From an uncultured Bacteroidota bacterium (lineage in GTDB: Bacteria; Bacteroidota; Bacteroidia; Chitinophagales; Chitinophagaceae), in assembly GCA_903910765.1 (NCBI GenBank), contig CAIWBA010000291.1, forward strand, positions 147,492 through 211,491: DNA of 64,000 bases. The letters are read 5' to 3'. A program made the position numbers and the translations under genes. The notes under the pieces are model-generated. The model had not been told where the DNA came from and ran no database searches. It was given only the letters and a program-made list of their open reading frames with translations. This document shows, piece after piece, positions 47,384 through 57,262 of the stretch. Position 1 is the stretch's first letter. Every line of letters begins with the position of its first letter.

Positions 47384-48919
47384 TTAAATTGAATTTAATA
47401 AGTCATCATAGTCAGCAGATGTTTTATGAGCTGCTGGCGGAACTGGCATTGCTAAAGCAACATCCATTGGTATTAAATTCGGCGGTAATGTTGTAGTATT
47501 GGTATGAGCTATTTGATATTGAGTCCTCATTTGATTTTCAAGAGACTGAGTGTCGTCATCATCTGAATAAAATTCACTAGCTGGATCGTATTCTTCAGTC
47601 AATTTTGCAAATTCATAACTCATTCTATACATTTTAAAACTCTCAGTATAGCCTCCATCTCTATTTGCAATTAATTTGATCTTCATACGTTTTTCCATAG
47701 GTCCTCTAATTAAACCAAATAGAGAATCTACTGTATGTACTAAACCAAATGATTCAGCAATATCTGACATACTTATATCTTGATCGTCAACTGCATCTCT
47801 TTTAATTTGAGTAGCCGTAATAATACACCATTCATTTCGGATTGCAACAGCTCTAAGTTCTTCAGAAATAACTTTAATCTTTTCGTAAGTATTTCCTTGT
47901 TCACGAAGAGGTCTCATTAAGTTAATATAGTCAACTACAATAACTGTGAATTTTATTCCAGTATTTTGTTGAACCTTTAAGAAATAGTTTTCAATATCAA
48001 TAGCAGAGGCGGTACCAGTTGGAAACTCCTTAACTATTAATTGACCTAGTTGAGGCATTTCATTTTTAAGGTGTTGTATTCTATGAGCAACCTCAGATAC
48101 TTGAGAATTATCTAACATTGAGTCATAGTCTTTAAATGGAATACTTAATATACTTGAACCAAGTCTCTTCATATATTTACGATCAGATAGTTCAAGAGTA
48201 CCTATTCCTACATGACAACCGGCCATAAATGCTCTGGCTGCTATATTTGAAAGAACCATTGATTTACCAACCTTTGGACGACCTTGAAAAACAACTAATG
48301 TTTTTGGGTTCCATCCACCTCCTAATGTTTTATCAAAGAATGGAAAGCCAGTTGGATTACCAACTTTTGAAAGTTGAACATGATCTATTGATGTAAAAAA
48401 GTTTAGTCCTGATTCTGCACTAGTAAATGAAACATTTAATTTGCTATTAAACTTTTCACGAACATCATTTGTAATTAACTCAACGTTTTCTGGGTTAATA
48501 TCAGTTGTTTTTAAATATGATAATACATCAATTACTGATGCATTTAAGTTTTTATAGAAAATAAAGGCCTTTGTATATTTAAAAAGAAACTCATAGTTAT
48601 AACTAGTTAAGTCTACTTCAAATAATGAATTGAATTTAGATTCTGACATATCTAAATTTGCAAGATTTGCAATTTGGCGTAATTCATTTCTGGTTGGAAT
48701 CTTAGAGTATTCAATGAACCATTTCTTAGCTTCACGATATAATCTCTGTAATGAGTCATCGTTAAAGTAGTGAGCTTTAATTAAAGGAATAACTTCGCGT
48801 TTGTCTAATGTTTCAACGTTCTTAGGCTTCATGATAATATCATTATCATCTTCAGTTAAAACAAAATTAAAAATTATTTTTTCGAGAAGCTCAATGTTCT
48901 CTTTGAAATCTATCATCAT
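47384..48919 (-). CDS. gp41: Replicative helicase (T4 gp41/DnaB-like)
   Basis: GRPKVGKS, TLELS, VKEFPTG, VDYINLM, TATQIKR, IAESFG. Confidence 0.92.
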   Translation of the reverse strand: MMIDFKENIELLEKIIFNFVLTEDDNDIIMKPKNVETLDKREVIPLIKAHYFNDDSLQRLYREAKKWFIEYSKIPTRNELRQIANLANLDMSESKFNSLFEVDLTSYNYEFLFKYTKAFIFYKNLNASVIDVLSYLKTTDINPENVELITNDVREKFNSKLNVSFTSAESGLNFFTSIDHVQLSKVGNPTGFPFFDKTLGGGWNPKTLVVFQGRPKVGKSMVLSNIAARAFMAGCHVGIGTLELSDRKYMKRLGSSILSIPFKDYDSMLDNSQVSEVAHRIQHLKNEMPQLGQLIVKEFPTGTASAIDIENYFLKVQQNTGIKFTVIVVDYINLMRPLREQGNTYEKIKVISEELRAVAIRNEWCIITATQIKRDAVDDQDISMSDIAESFGLVHTVDSLFGLIRGPMEKRMKIKLIANRDGGYTESFKMYRMSYEFAKLTEEYDPASEFYSDDDDTQSLENQMRTQYQIAHTNTTTLPPNLIPMDVALAMPVPPAAHKTSADYDDLLNSI

Positions 48920-48925
48920 ATTTTT

Positions 48926-49264
48926 TTAGTTCGAAATTATATAAAATTTTAAAAATTCGTCTTGGCTAATTAGTATAAACTCGCCTTTCTTAATTAGAAT
49001 AGTATCTTCTATTAAGCCTTTCATTAATAGTTTTATCTTTTCTAAAAATTCAGGTGTTAATTTATCTCCAAATACATATTTTAAGGTCTTGGTTGAAAAT
49101 TTAATATCCTCTAGATCAAAGTCCTTTGACTTTACTTGAGTAACCTTTACAATATAAGATAGAATATCGAACATAAAGTCTTGCCTAGTTGGATAGCTAG
49201 GCAAGGCTGTATGCGATTCTAACAAATATTTAAGAGGAATATTTGGCTGTATTTTAAAGGTCAT
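48926..49264 (-). CDS. Hypothetical protein
   Basis: 112 aa between uvsX and the helicase. Confidence 0.65.
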   Translation of the reverse strand: MTFKIQPNIPLKYLLESHTALPSYPTRQDFMFDILSYIVKVTQVKSKDFDLEDIKFSTKTLKYVFGDKLTPEFLEKIKLLMKGLIEDTILIKKGEFILISQDEFLKFYIISN

Positions 49265-50444
49265 TGTCTGAATCAGTTAAGTCCTCTAATTCATCTATTT
49301 CAATTTCGTCAATTCCATCTTGTGTCTCAGGGAATTTAAACGTAGGTTTAATAACCTTTTCGTCTAATTGAGTTAACACTTCATGTGTAAATAGTCTACC
49401 TGAGAAAAATTCTTTAACTGGAACAGCATCGCCATTATGACTAATAATATAAGTTTTACCTAATTTTTTAGGTAGGTAATAGAAGGTTTCGCCAGCTACT
49501 TCAAATTTAGAACATAGTTCCGATTCATCTGGTTTAAGCTTAGAAAATTCTTTCTCTGTTAATTTGTTACCTCTACCTACTCCGCAATTTTCCCAATTAA
49601 CATACTGTTCAAGTCCAACATATTGATTCATACCTTTATGGAATGAAATATGGAATTCAATATCAATTGGTCTAGCTAAACGATTCTTTTTTGTTTTAGA
49701 TCGAACAATAATACCAGTAGTAGTTTTAGCCTCATCTCTAAGAGTTCCTTTACTTAACATTAAGATAATTGAAGCAGAGAATTCTGGACCTCCACCGCCT
49801 GACATACCCTTTGGAGTATATTGATCCATTGATGCATAAGTGTGGTTTGTAAAGATAAAAGGTACTTTATAATTAGAAAGATCTAAAGTTAAAGACTTAA
49901 ATAGTGATCTCATCTCTTTTGCACGTAATCCCATATCTGCTGCATTTTTACCTGCATCCATATCACGTTGACTTTTATCAGTATCTAACATTCCTACTGA
50001 ATCTACGAATAGAGCAATCTTAAGTCCTGGATTCTCCTTAATTGTTTCAATTAAGTCATGAACATAAAATTTAACTTCACTGATAAGACCCATACGTAAG
50101 TATTTTAGTTTAGTTAAGTCTACTCCAAATTTAATATAGTCACTTGAGTCAATTGCACCTTCAGTGTCAATATAAATTACCATGTAATCTTTTTTCTGTA
50201 ATTCTCTAACTGCATTTAAACATAAGAATGTTTTACCTGCACCAGAGTCTCCAGCAATTCCAATACTACGAGTATTAGGATAACCTCCAAATAAGGAGCC
50301 AGACATTTGTGCATTTAATAGGTAATTCCCAGTTGGAATATACTCTTCAATATCAGAGAACCCTCTGATTTCAATTTTTGATTTGACTTTTTTCTCGAGC
50401 AAGTCGTTAAACTTGGCGAATGCGTCCATTGTTGATTTTGCCAT
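49254..50444 (-). CDS. uvsX: RecA-like recombinase UvsX
   Basis: GDSGAGKT, YIDTEGA, VDSVG, FTNHTY, SGGGG. Confidence 0.93.
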   Translation of the reverse strand: MAKSTMDAFAKFNDLLEKKVKSKIEIRGFSDIEEYIPTGNYLLNAQMSGSLFGGYPNTRSIGIAGDSGAGKTFLCLNAVRELQKKDYMVIYIDTEGAIDSSDYIKFGVDLTKLKYLRMGLISEVKFYVHDLIETIKENPGLKIALFVDSVGMLDTDKSQRDMDAGKNAADMGLRAKEMRSLFKSLTLDLSNYKVPFIFTNHTYASMDQYTPKGMSGGGGPEFSASIILMLSKGTLRDEAKTTTGIIVRSKTKKNRLARPIDIEFHISFHKGMNQYVGLEQYVNWENCGVGRGNKLTEKEFSKLKPDESELCSKFEVAGETFYYLPKKLGKTYIISHNGDAVPVKEFFSGRLFTHEVLTQLDEKVIKPTFKFPETQDGIDEIEIDELEDLTDSDNDL

Positions 50445-50469
50445 GTGTATAAAATTTAATATTTAGTAT

Positions 50470-50497
50470 CTTTTACAAAGGATACTAAAATAGGTTT
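50470..50497 (-). promoter_or_regulatory. Early/middle promoter motif AAAC-N18-TAAAAG overlapped by an inverted repeat
   Basis: Upstream of uvsX; TTTAGTATC-N10-GATACTAAA at 50462-50489. Confidence 0.5.
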
Positions 50498-51065
50498 AGT
50501 TAAAATATGATGCTAGTAAAAATGATCCAGATAGAATAGTTGTATCTGGGAATTCACCATTAACTACTTGGTGGAATCCTATGTTAATGATTTTTGAATT
50601 GTCCTTTGTAAAATTATCTTTTGATAGATTTCTGGTAAATTCAAATCCGTCTTTAGCAGGTTTGCCTAAATCTATTCCATAACAGTGCATTGTTAAAGTT
50701 AATGGTGAATTCATTGCAATATCTCCTAAATAAAATATTTGATTTTCAGTTAATCCTAATTGTTCAATATTTAAACCGGCTTCCTCAACTAGTGCTCTAC
50801 ATACTGAATCATATGGAGTTCGGTCTAGGTCAGAGTTAACTTCATCTATTATTAAAGTATGAGCAGTTTGACCGTTTGTTTTATTTGGAAATTCAAGAGC
50901 ATAAATTGACTTAATTGTATCCTCTGCCGTTTTAGTAAATGGTATTAAACAAATATATTCTGAATCAACTGATAAGTATTGAGCAGAGTGCTGATCTTGA
51001 TTAACAGTTAATACATTAAATTTTCCTAGTCTGCTAGGAGTTTCATTAGATATTTGATTAGTCAT
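50496..51065 (-). CDS. Nudix-fold protein, degenerate
   Basis: DRTPYDSVCRALVEEAGL resembles a Nudix box lacking some Glu residues. Confidence 0.5.
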   Translation of the reverse strand: MTNQISNETPSRLGKFNVLTVNQDQHSAQYLSVDSEYICLIPFTKTAEDTIKSIYALEFPNKTNGQTAHTLIIDEVNSDLDRTPYDSVCRALVEEAGLNIEQLGLTENQIFYLGDIAMNSPLTLTMHCYGIDLGKPAKDGFEFTRNLSKDNFTKDNSKIINIGFHQVVNGEFPDTTILSGSFLLASYFN

Positions 51066-51693
51066 TAGATGTAGATTTTTTAGCAGGTGTACTCAACATT
51101 TTCTTCATAGTCTTTTTAATTGAGTCAACTGTTACATTATTATTTATATAGTCAGACAATTTTGTTAAAAAATCCTCCTTATTCTTAGAGTTAGAATACA
51201 TCATCTTTAATAAATTCTTACTAGGTAATTTAATTTTAACTGAGAGAGCTAAGTCCGTATCTTCTAATGAAAACATACCAAATAGGTCTCCTGGATCAGT
51301 AGCAATTTTAGGTTGAACTGATTGAACTGGTTGACTAGCAGGTGGTGCTATTGGTTTTTGAGTAATTACCTCATTTCTAAATTCAGATGGAATATCTTCA
51401 GATACTTTAAACTCATCATTTAATGAAGGAATATAGTTAATTGACTGAATTTCAGCCATTGACATAGGTTTTTGGTCTTCAGTGATCATCATTAAGTCAG
51501 ATGAAACTCTGTCAGTATCAAGTTGAGTACCATCAGATAAAACTGCTAGGAATCTACCATTTCTGCCTGGCATAACATCTCTAACTTGAACAACTTTACC
51601 TAATTTAGAGCGGTCAGCTGTTTTTATCCATTGGAATTCATTAGATTGGAAGCTGCTCTTTATTGCAACTAGTGTATCAATATCGTAATTCAT
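51058..51693 (-). CDS. Hypothetical protein
   Basis: Start moved to MNYDIDT to remove the overlap with polymerase; Pro/Gln linker. Confidence 0.7.
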   Translation of the reverse strand: MNYDIDTLVAIKSSFQSNEFQWIKTADRSKLGKVVQVRDVMPGRNGRFLAVLSDGTQLDTDRVSSDLMMITEDQKPMSMAEIQSINYIPSLNDEFKVSEDIPSEFRNEVITQKPIAPPASQPVQSVQPKIATDPGDLFGMFSLEDTDLALSVKIKLPSKNLLKMMYSNSKNKEDFLTKLSDYINNNVTVDSIKKTMKKMLSTPAKKSTSND

Positions 51694-51712
51694 AATTATG
51701 TTTTTTATTTTT

Positions 51713-53095
51713 TTAAGAAGTTTTTTCACTTGACAATTGCTCTTCTAATTTTTTCATTTCATTTTTGGTATTTACACGACCATTATATAATCTGGTAAGA
51801 ATTGTTCTAGCAGCTGAATCTGTTTTATTTGTGAAGACTGTATTATTTTTAGTTAATATTTGATCAGGTTGTAATTCAATACCTTCTCGCATTTTTCCTA
51901 AGTATGCATCTGGAGAAATATTAAACTGAATTTGGATATTTGGATACATTGAAGCAAAGTCAAAACACGAAACATATTTGTAATATCCTGGTTCTGGTTT
52001 AGCTACGTATGCACCATCATATGTTGCATCAGCTTCTAATTCTCTTCGATCATTTGCCATATACCTACCACGATCTAAGAATTCACGACACATTAAAGAT
52101 TCAGTAATGAATACTGCTGAGAATACTTTTGAAACATCAACTTTTGCAAATTTTGATATTGCAAATGCTACATCAAGTAGTCCAAGTTTATCTTCAATTA
52201 GTTTAATAAGAACTGTATCAATAATGTTATATTTAATAAAGTTTTCAATATCTTGTTGAGCTTCCATCATTGTTGCATATTCACTATGTAATTTAGTTGT
52301 TCCTAATACTAAGTTTGCAATATACTCTAATTTATAATTTTCAACTACTTTATATGGTTTAGTATTCATAAATACTTCCATGTAATCCAAAAGGCCTAAA
52401 TGAATTGGCATTTTTGATTTACCAATTAAGGTTTTAGATGGCATGGTTTTCATTGGATCAATATCTAAATTCTTACATCGATTAATTAGATAAATCCAGT
52501 CAAATCCAATAACATTCCAACCAGTTAAGAATGGAATTTTTGGAAGAGCTTTATGAAAAAATGCTTTCATTAATTCTACTTCTGTTTCAAAGAACATATA
52601 TTTAAGAGTAAAGATTTGACCATGTGCTTTAAAATAGTCATTCACTTCATCTTGCATTTGTAGAATTGGAGCTTCGTCTAATTTCTTCATGGTTGACATT
52701 ACGAAACAAACATTCTCTTCATTAACAAAAGTAATTAAGTTAACTGGCATTGCTGCTTTTGCTGGATCAGGAAACTCTTGTGAAGTTAACTGAATCTCAA
52801 TATCTAAATAGAATTTCTTTGGGCTGTCATCAGAATAGATTGAAGCAATTTCAGTTTCATTTAATCTGGTTTGAGTTAATTCTTCAAGTCTAAAACGGCT
52901 TAACCATTTACCTTGAACCTTTTTTACAAACTTTCCATCCCAGTTACGGTGTTCAGTTGGAGTAGGCGTTAAGTTCCAATTGTAAAGATCATGTGGAACA
53001 ATTGGTTTCTTCATAAATCCAATTGTTCCATCTGGTTTATAATAAGAAATAACTAGAGTCGAGTCTTCTGTGTGAAATTCTGTGCTTACTATCAT
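51713..53095 (-). CDS. Family B DNA polymerase, N-terminal subunit (3'-5' exonuclease plus motif A)
   Basis: YLDIE, GWNVIGFD, YNIIDT, YDGAYV, FDFASMYPNI, NISPD. Confidence 0.92.
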   Translation of the reverse strand: MIVSTEFHTEDSTLVISYYKPDGTIGFMKKPIVPHDLYNWNLTPTPTEHRNWDGKFVKKVQGKWLSRFRLEELTQTRLNETEIASIYSDDSPKKFYLDIEIQLTSQEFPDPAKAAMPVNLITFVNEENVCFVMSTMKKLDEAPILQMQDEVNDYFKAHGQIFTLKYMFFETEVELMKAFFHKALPKIPFLTGWNVIGFDWIYLINRCKNLDIDPMKTMPSKTLIGKSKMPIHLGLLDYMEVFMNTKPYKVVENYKLEYIANLVLGTTKLHSEYATMMEAQQDIENFIKYNIIDTVLIKLIEDKLGLLDVAFAISKFAKVDVSKVFSAVFITESLMCREFLDRGRYMANDRRELEADATYDGAYVAKPEPGYYKYVSCFDFASMYPNIQIQFNISPDAYLGKMREGIELQPDQILTKNNTVFTNKTDSAARTILTRLYNGRVNTKNEMKKLEEQLSSEKTS

Positions 53096-53113
53096 ATTGT
53101 ATATTATACTAAA

Positions 53114-53593
53114 TTAATAACCTCTTTGTTGGCGAGCTTTATTCTCTTCATTCTTTGCCATATACATATTAAACATCTCCTGTGGAGTCATTCCAACTGA
53201 TATTGCATAGTTCATAAAGAAGTGTAACATATCAATAATTTCAAATTTGCACTCAGTTTGGTCAACTTCTGATAAATCTGAGAACTTTTTGTCAGAATAT
53301 TCTTCATGAGCAACTTTCCAACGCTTCCAAATTGCATTTCCTGAACCATCTTTAATTCCGCCTAATGCATCAGTGGCTTCGTGAATTTCATCTATCATTG
53401 CATGATTATTCATGTGCCAAAAGGTCATAAGTTCACGAAGTGTCATGTTTTCAAAGTCATATCCATATACATTCCTTTGGGTATCAGCCTGGACGATCAT
53501 AATTTGACCTAATGTATCTTCATTTGATTTGGTAGCTTCTGACCAAGTGTCTTTAATTTCTAAGTTTGCGCAAGAGTTGTCTATATTTGCCAT
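53114..53593 (-). CDS. All-alpha dimeric dUTPase/dCTPase (gp56/MazG-like)
   Basis: DEIHEATDA, WKRWK, FEIIDMLHF, YMAKNEENKARQ. Confidence 0.85.
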   Translation of the reverse strand: MANIDNSCANLEIKDTWSEATKSNEDTLGQIMIVQADTQRNVYGYDFENMTLRELMTFWHMNNHAMIDEIHEATDALGGIKDGSGNAIWKRWKVAHEEYSDKKFSDLSEVDQTECKFEIIDMLHFFMNYAISVGMTPQEMFNMYMAKNEENKARQQRGY

Positions 53594-53613
53594 ATTTATG
53601 TAGTTTATATGAT

Positions 53614-53640
53614 CTTTTACCCTAAAAGTGAAAAAGGTTT
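53614..53640 (-). promoter_or_regulatory. Early/middle promoter motif AAAC-N17-TAAAAG
   Basis: Upstream of the dUTPase/dCTPase gene. Confidence 0.55.
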
Positions 53641-53725
53641 AACTTTGGATAAAATATTACTGATAAATAACTTTATCAACTCGTAGCATGTCTTTAAAAT
53701 TTATAATTTTGGACGAATACGGTAA

Positions 53726-53734
53726 ATAAATAAC
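53726..53734 (+). promoter_or_regulatory. Late-promoter motif ATAAATAAC
   Basis: Before the tail sheath gene; a second copy at 53663 sits in a small hairpin. Confidence 0.7.
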
Positions 53735-53756
53735 TTCAAAATAATACGCAAAAGCG

Positions 53757-56700
53757 ATGGCAGAAAAATTAAATCTGAATAAATACAAGTCAAGCGGTGT
53801 TTACACAGTAGAAATTGACGAAAGCACAAGTCTTTCACTACCTCTTTCAACAGGAAGATTGGTAATTGGATCAAGTAAAAAAGGACCTATCAATTCAGTA
53901 GTACTAGTTAATGACTTACGTACTTTATCGGCAGTATATGGCGATATTGACTCTAAATTAGAAAAAAATGGTAACTATTTTCATAGAACTGTACAAGTAG
54001 CTCTAAGAAATGGTCCAGTTTATGCTCTAAATTTATTACCAATTTCTGGTTCTGATATTGCATATTTTACAACATTTAACACAGAAGCAGCTTCAAATAA
54101 TTCAACATGGTCTGCTAGTTCTTATAAAAGCGCTATATCAAGTTTTTATAATACTCAAAAATTATGGTTTGCAGATGTTGACGCTGTTAACAAATACAAA
54201 AATTTAGCGTTAGGCGATTCATTTCCAGCAACTGGAACAGTTGATAAAGATGCAAATAAATTATTAAGCTTAGTTAACTTATCTAAGAAGCCAGTTACTG
54301 CATGGGCTAGAATAGCTGATACTACTGGTTATGATATTAAAGTTAAAGAATATTATAAATTACTTGGAGATAAAGTTGAAGTTCCTGAGTTCTTACATCC
54401 AGACGATTATGTAGCTGACTACTTTGTAGAATTAGCAGTAGTTGAAGGAGATTGGTCAGATGCTCTTAGATTATCAAAAGATCCTATCTACAAACAATAC
54501 TTTAGTGCAACTGGAATTATTTTATCTAAAATGAATGATTTCTTATCATTAAAAGAAGTTACCGTAGTAAATCGTACAATTGGAGCAATTATCCCAGACT
54601 TTAGAGACCTAGCTGGATCACCAGCTGCATTAGATCATTTATTTAATAATAAGTTTTCTACTTCTGGAGTTTATTGTGCTCTTGACTATAAGAAAATTGA
54701 TATGATTGACTTAGCAAATAATCCAGTATTTGATAGTGGTAGTTCAACTGAAAGTGTTGAATCACAGCGATTAGACCTAGTAGGTTATGGATTTGACGAA
54801 ATTGATGCTCAAGTTTATTCAGTAGATACAGGTAATGTCGATTTAGCAATTGAACCAGTTAAATTAATTGATGTATTAAGCTATAAAAAATCTGCAGGTT
54901 ATGACTATTATTTCTATATTCCTTCAGTTTCACCAGATAATTTAGATATTTTACCTGGAGCACCTCTTAGTCTTGGAGAAATGTACACAGTTGCACCAAC
55001 TACTGGTAGTAAATATATTATTGCAACATTAGGTAGTAAATTATATACTGCATGGGCAAATGGATTTATTAAGACTGGAGATACTTTACTTACTCCAACT
55101 ACTAGTTACTTATCAACAGATGGAGTAGTTAAGACAGTTATGAATGGCCTGGTTAAAATTAGTTATATTGAATTTTATGCATATAGTGATTTAACTTATA
55201 CTAATCCAGTTGATGCTGATCCAATTGTTAGTGGATCTAACCAATATTTACATATTGTATCAACTACAGTTAGTGAATTTAATTTTGACTTTGACTTAAC
55301 TCTTGCAACTGATGGAACTACTGTTTCTGGTACTGACTATTTTATGACAGGATTTACCTATACTGCACCTAACCAATTGGTATTTACGTTAAGCCCTACG
55401 CTTTATGGAAATACTGCAAAAAATGAGGTTGCTAATATTAATGCAGTATATGATTCAGTTAAGAGAAGTAAAATTGAAAACTTTATTAAAACTGGACAAT
55501 ATGTTAAAGCTGAAATACTTACTGACCTTGATGGTAATCCAGTTATTCGTGAACGTCTATTAAAGATTAAAACTGTTTATGCAAAACCTACAAGTGTTAC
55601 ATATTTAGGAGATCCTACTAAAACTTTACAATATACAATAACTATAGATTCTCCATTAGATTCAAATATACTTGGAATTGATCTTACTAATTCTGTATTA
55701 AAAACATATAAGGGAATTAAGAATTATGTAACTAATCTTACTGGTTTTTATGTACCTTCAATTACACTTGATGAAATTGGTTTATATCCAAATGGAACAT
55801 CTGCTCGTGAGAATAAGATTTTAGACTATATGTTTAATTCTACAAATATCGCATCAACATTAGCAGACAATGAGACCTTAAGTTATCGTTATATTATTGA
55901 TTCATTTGAAGGTCAAATTGCACCTGCTTCTAAACAGCAACTTGCTCAACTTGCAGCAAATCATGGAAAAGCCTTAGCTATCTGTAATGCACCATCTTTT
56001 GCACAATATGAAAAATCAATTGATCCAAGTTTTATCGATTTTAATACTAACTTAGTATCAACTGAGTATATTTCAACTGGTGGTAATCTTTCTTCAAATC
56101 CTGAATTTACATTTGGATTTGCAAGTGGAGATAAGAATGGTATTGCAATTGCATCTTATGCTGCATACTTTATGCCAAACTTAGTAATATTTGATAATGG
56201 TAGAAATAAATCAGTTCCACCAGCTGCATATATTGCAAATACATATATGAAAAAATACTCAAGCGGAAATACCTTCTCAATAGTTGCAGGTAAACGTGGT
56301 ATTATTACTGAGCCAGAAATAACTGGAGTAGAATATGATTTAACTAATGACGATAGAGATTATTTAGAGCCAGTAGGTTTTAATATGATTGTTAGACGTA
56401 GAGGTTTTGGAGTAATGATCTTCTCTAATAACACAGGTTATCAAAGAGTAAAATCTGCACTTAATAACATCCACGTTAGAGAGGCATTAGTAACAATTGA
56501 AAGAGATATTGAAAGAATCTTATTAAACTTCTTATTTGAATTTAATGATCCTACTACTCGATTAAGAGTTAAAACATTAGTTAAAAATTATTTAGCTGCT
56601 GTTCAAGATGCTAGAGGTATTTCAAGCGCTGATGTTATATTTGATGATTCAAATAATGGTTCTGAAGTTCTTGAGAATAACGCTGGTGTAATCGATATTA

Positions 56701-56807
56701 TTGTTGATTTTCCAAGAGGTATTCAAAAGTTCATCAACCGTATTACAATCACAAGAGCTGGAGGTCAATTATCTTCTGCATCAACTGGATTTACTCCTTC
56801 ATTCTAA
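53757..56807 (+). CDS. gp18: Contractile tail sheath protein (T4 gp18-like)
   Basis: SGVYTVEIDES, GSSKKGPIN, VPPAAY, VAGKRG, RDYLEPVGFN, NIHVREAL, FEFNDPTTR. Confidence 0.92.
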   Translation: MAEKLNLNKYKSSGVYTVEIDESTSLSLPLSTGRLVIGSSKKGPINSVVLVNDLRTLSAVYGDIDSKLEKNGNYFHRTVQVALRNGPVYALNLLPISGSDIAYFTTFNTEAASNNSTWSASSYKSAISSFYNTQKLWFADVDAVNKYKNLALGDSFPATGTVDKDANKLLSLVNLSKKPVTAWARIADTTGYDIKVKEYYKLLGDKVEVPEFLHPDDYVADYFVELAVVEGDWSDALRLSKDPIYKQYFSATGIILSKMNDFLSLKEVTVVNRTIGAIIPDFRDLAGSPAALDHLFNNKFSTSGVYCALDYKKIDMIDLANNPVFDSGSSTESVESQRLDLVGYGFDEIDAQVYSVDTGNVDLAIEPVKLIDVLSYKKSAGYDYYFYIPSVSPDNLDILPGAPLSLGEMYTVAPTTGSKYIIATLGSKLYTAWANGFIKTGDTLLTPTTSYLSTDGVVKTVMNGLVKISYIEFYAYSDLTYTNPVDADPIVSGSNQYLHIVSTTVSEFNFDFDLTLATDGTTVSGTDYFMTGFTYTAPNQLVFTLSPTLYGNTAKNEVANINAVYDSVKRSKIENFIKTGQYVKAEILTDLDGNPVIRERLLKIKTVYAKPTSVTYLGDPTKTLQYTITIDSPLDSNILGIDLTNSVLKTYKGIKNYVTNLTGFYVPSITLDEIGLYPNGTSARENKILDYMFNSTNIASTLADNETLSYRYIIDSFEGQIAPASKQQLAQLAANHGKALAICNAPSFAQYEKSIDPSFIDFNTNLVSTEYISTGGNLSSNPEFTFGFASGDKNGIAIASYAAYFMPNLVIFDNGRNKSVPPAAYIANTYMKKYSSGNTFSIVAGKRGIITEPEITGVEYDLTNDDRDYLEPVGFNMIVRRRGFGVMIFSNNTGYQRVKSALNNIHVREALVTIERDIERILLNFLFEFNDPTTRLRVKTLVKNYLAAVQDARGISSADVIFDDSNNGSEVLENNAGVIDIIVDFPRGIQKFINRITITRAGGQLSSASTGFTPSF

Positions 56808-56826
56808 TTAAAAAAATACAAACCTT

Positions 56827-57165
56827 ATGAAACGATATATATCTCTATTTGAAAACTTTAATGATAATATTGATTATATTGTAAAACCAGTAGGTGAGTA
56901 TTTTAGAATATTTGCTAAAACTCCTAAGATGGAAGCAGATGGAAGCGACTATAAAGATTGCGAAACTTTATTTGGTAAGGGTACAATGTGGACAGATTAC
57001 GATAGTCAAGGTAGTGCCGAAAGGGCAATTGATAGTATGTCAAATACAGGTAATCAATTGTACCGTTCAGGTAAAGTACACGGTTTAACCAATCATGACT
57101 CAGTCGGTATGAGTAAACCTAGTTATGGCAAACCTCACGGACCTAGCGACTATATGGCTAATTAA
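56827..57165 (+). CDS. Putative internal head protein
   Basis: MKRYISLFENFND. Confidence 0.65.
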   Translation: MKRYISLFENFNDNIDYIVKPVGEYFRIFAKTPKMEADGSDYKDCETLFGKGTMWTDYDSQGSAERAIDSMSNTGNQLYRSGKVHGLTNHDSVGMSKPSYGKPHGPSDYMAN

Positions 57166-57181
57166 AAAGTTTAATACAAAT

Positions 57182-57210
57182 AAAAAAGGACTCATATGAG
57201 TCCTTTTTTT
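57182..57210. terminator. Perfectly palindromic bidirectional terminator
   Basis: AAAAAAGGACTCATATGAGTCCTTTTTTT. Confidence 0.85.
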
Positions 57211-57262
57211 GTTTAAGCCGACTAGTTAAGTCAGATCCACCACTTGGTTTAAGTCCAAGAAC

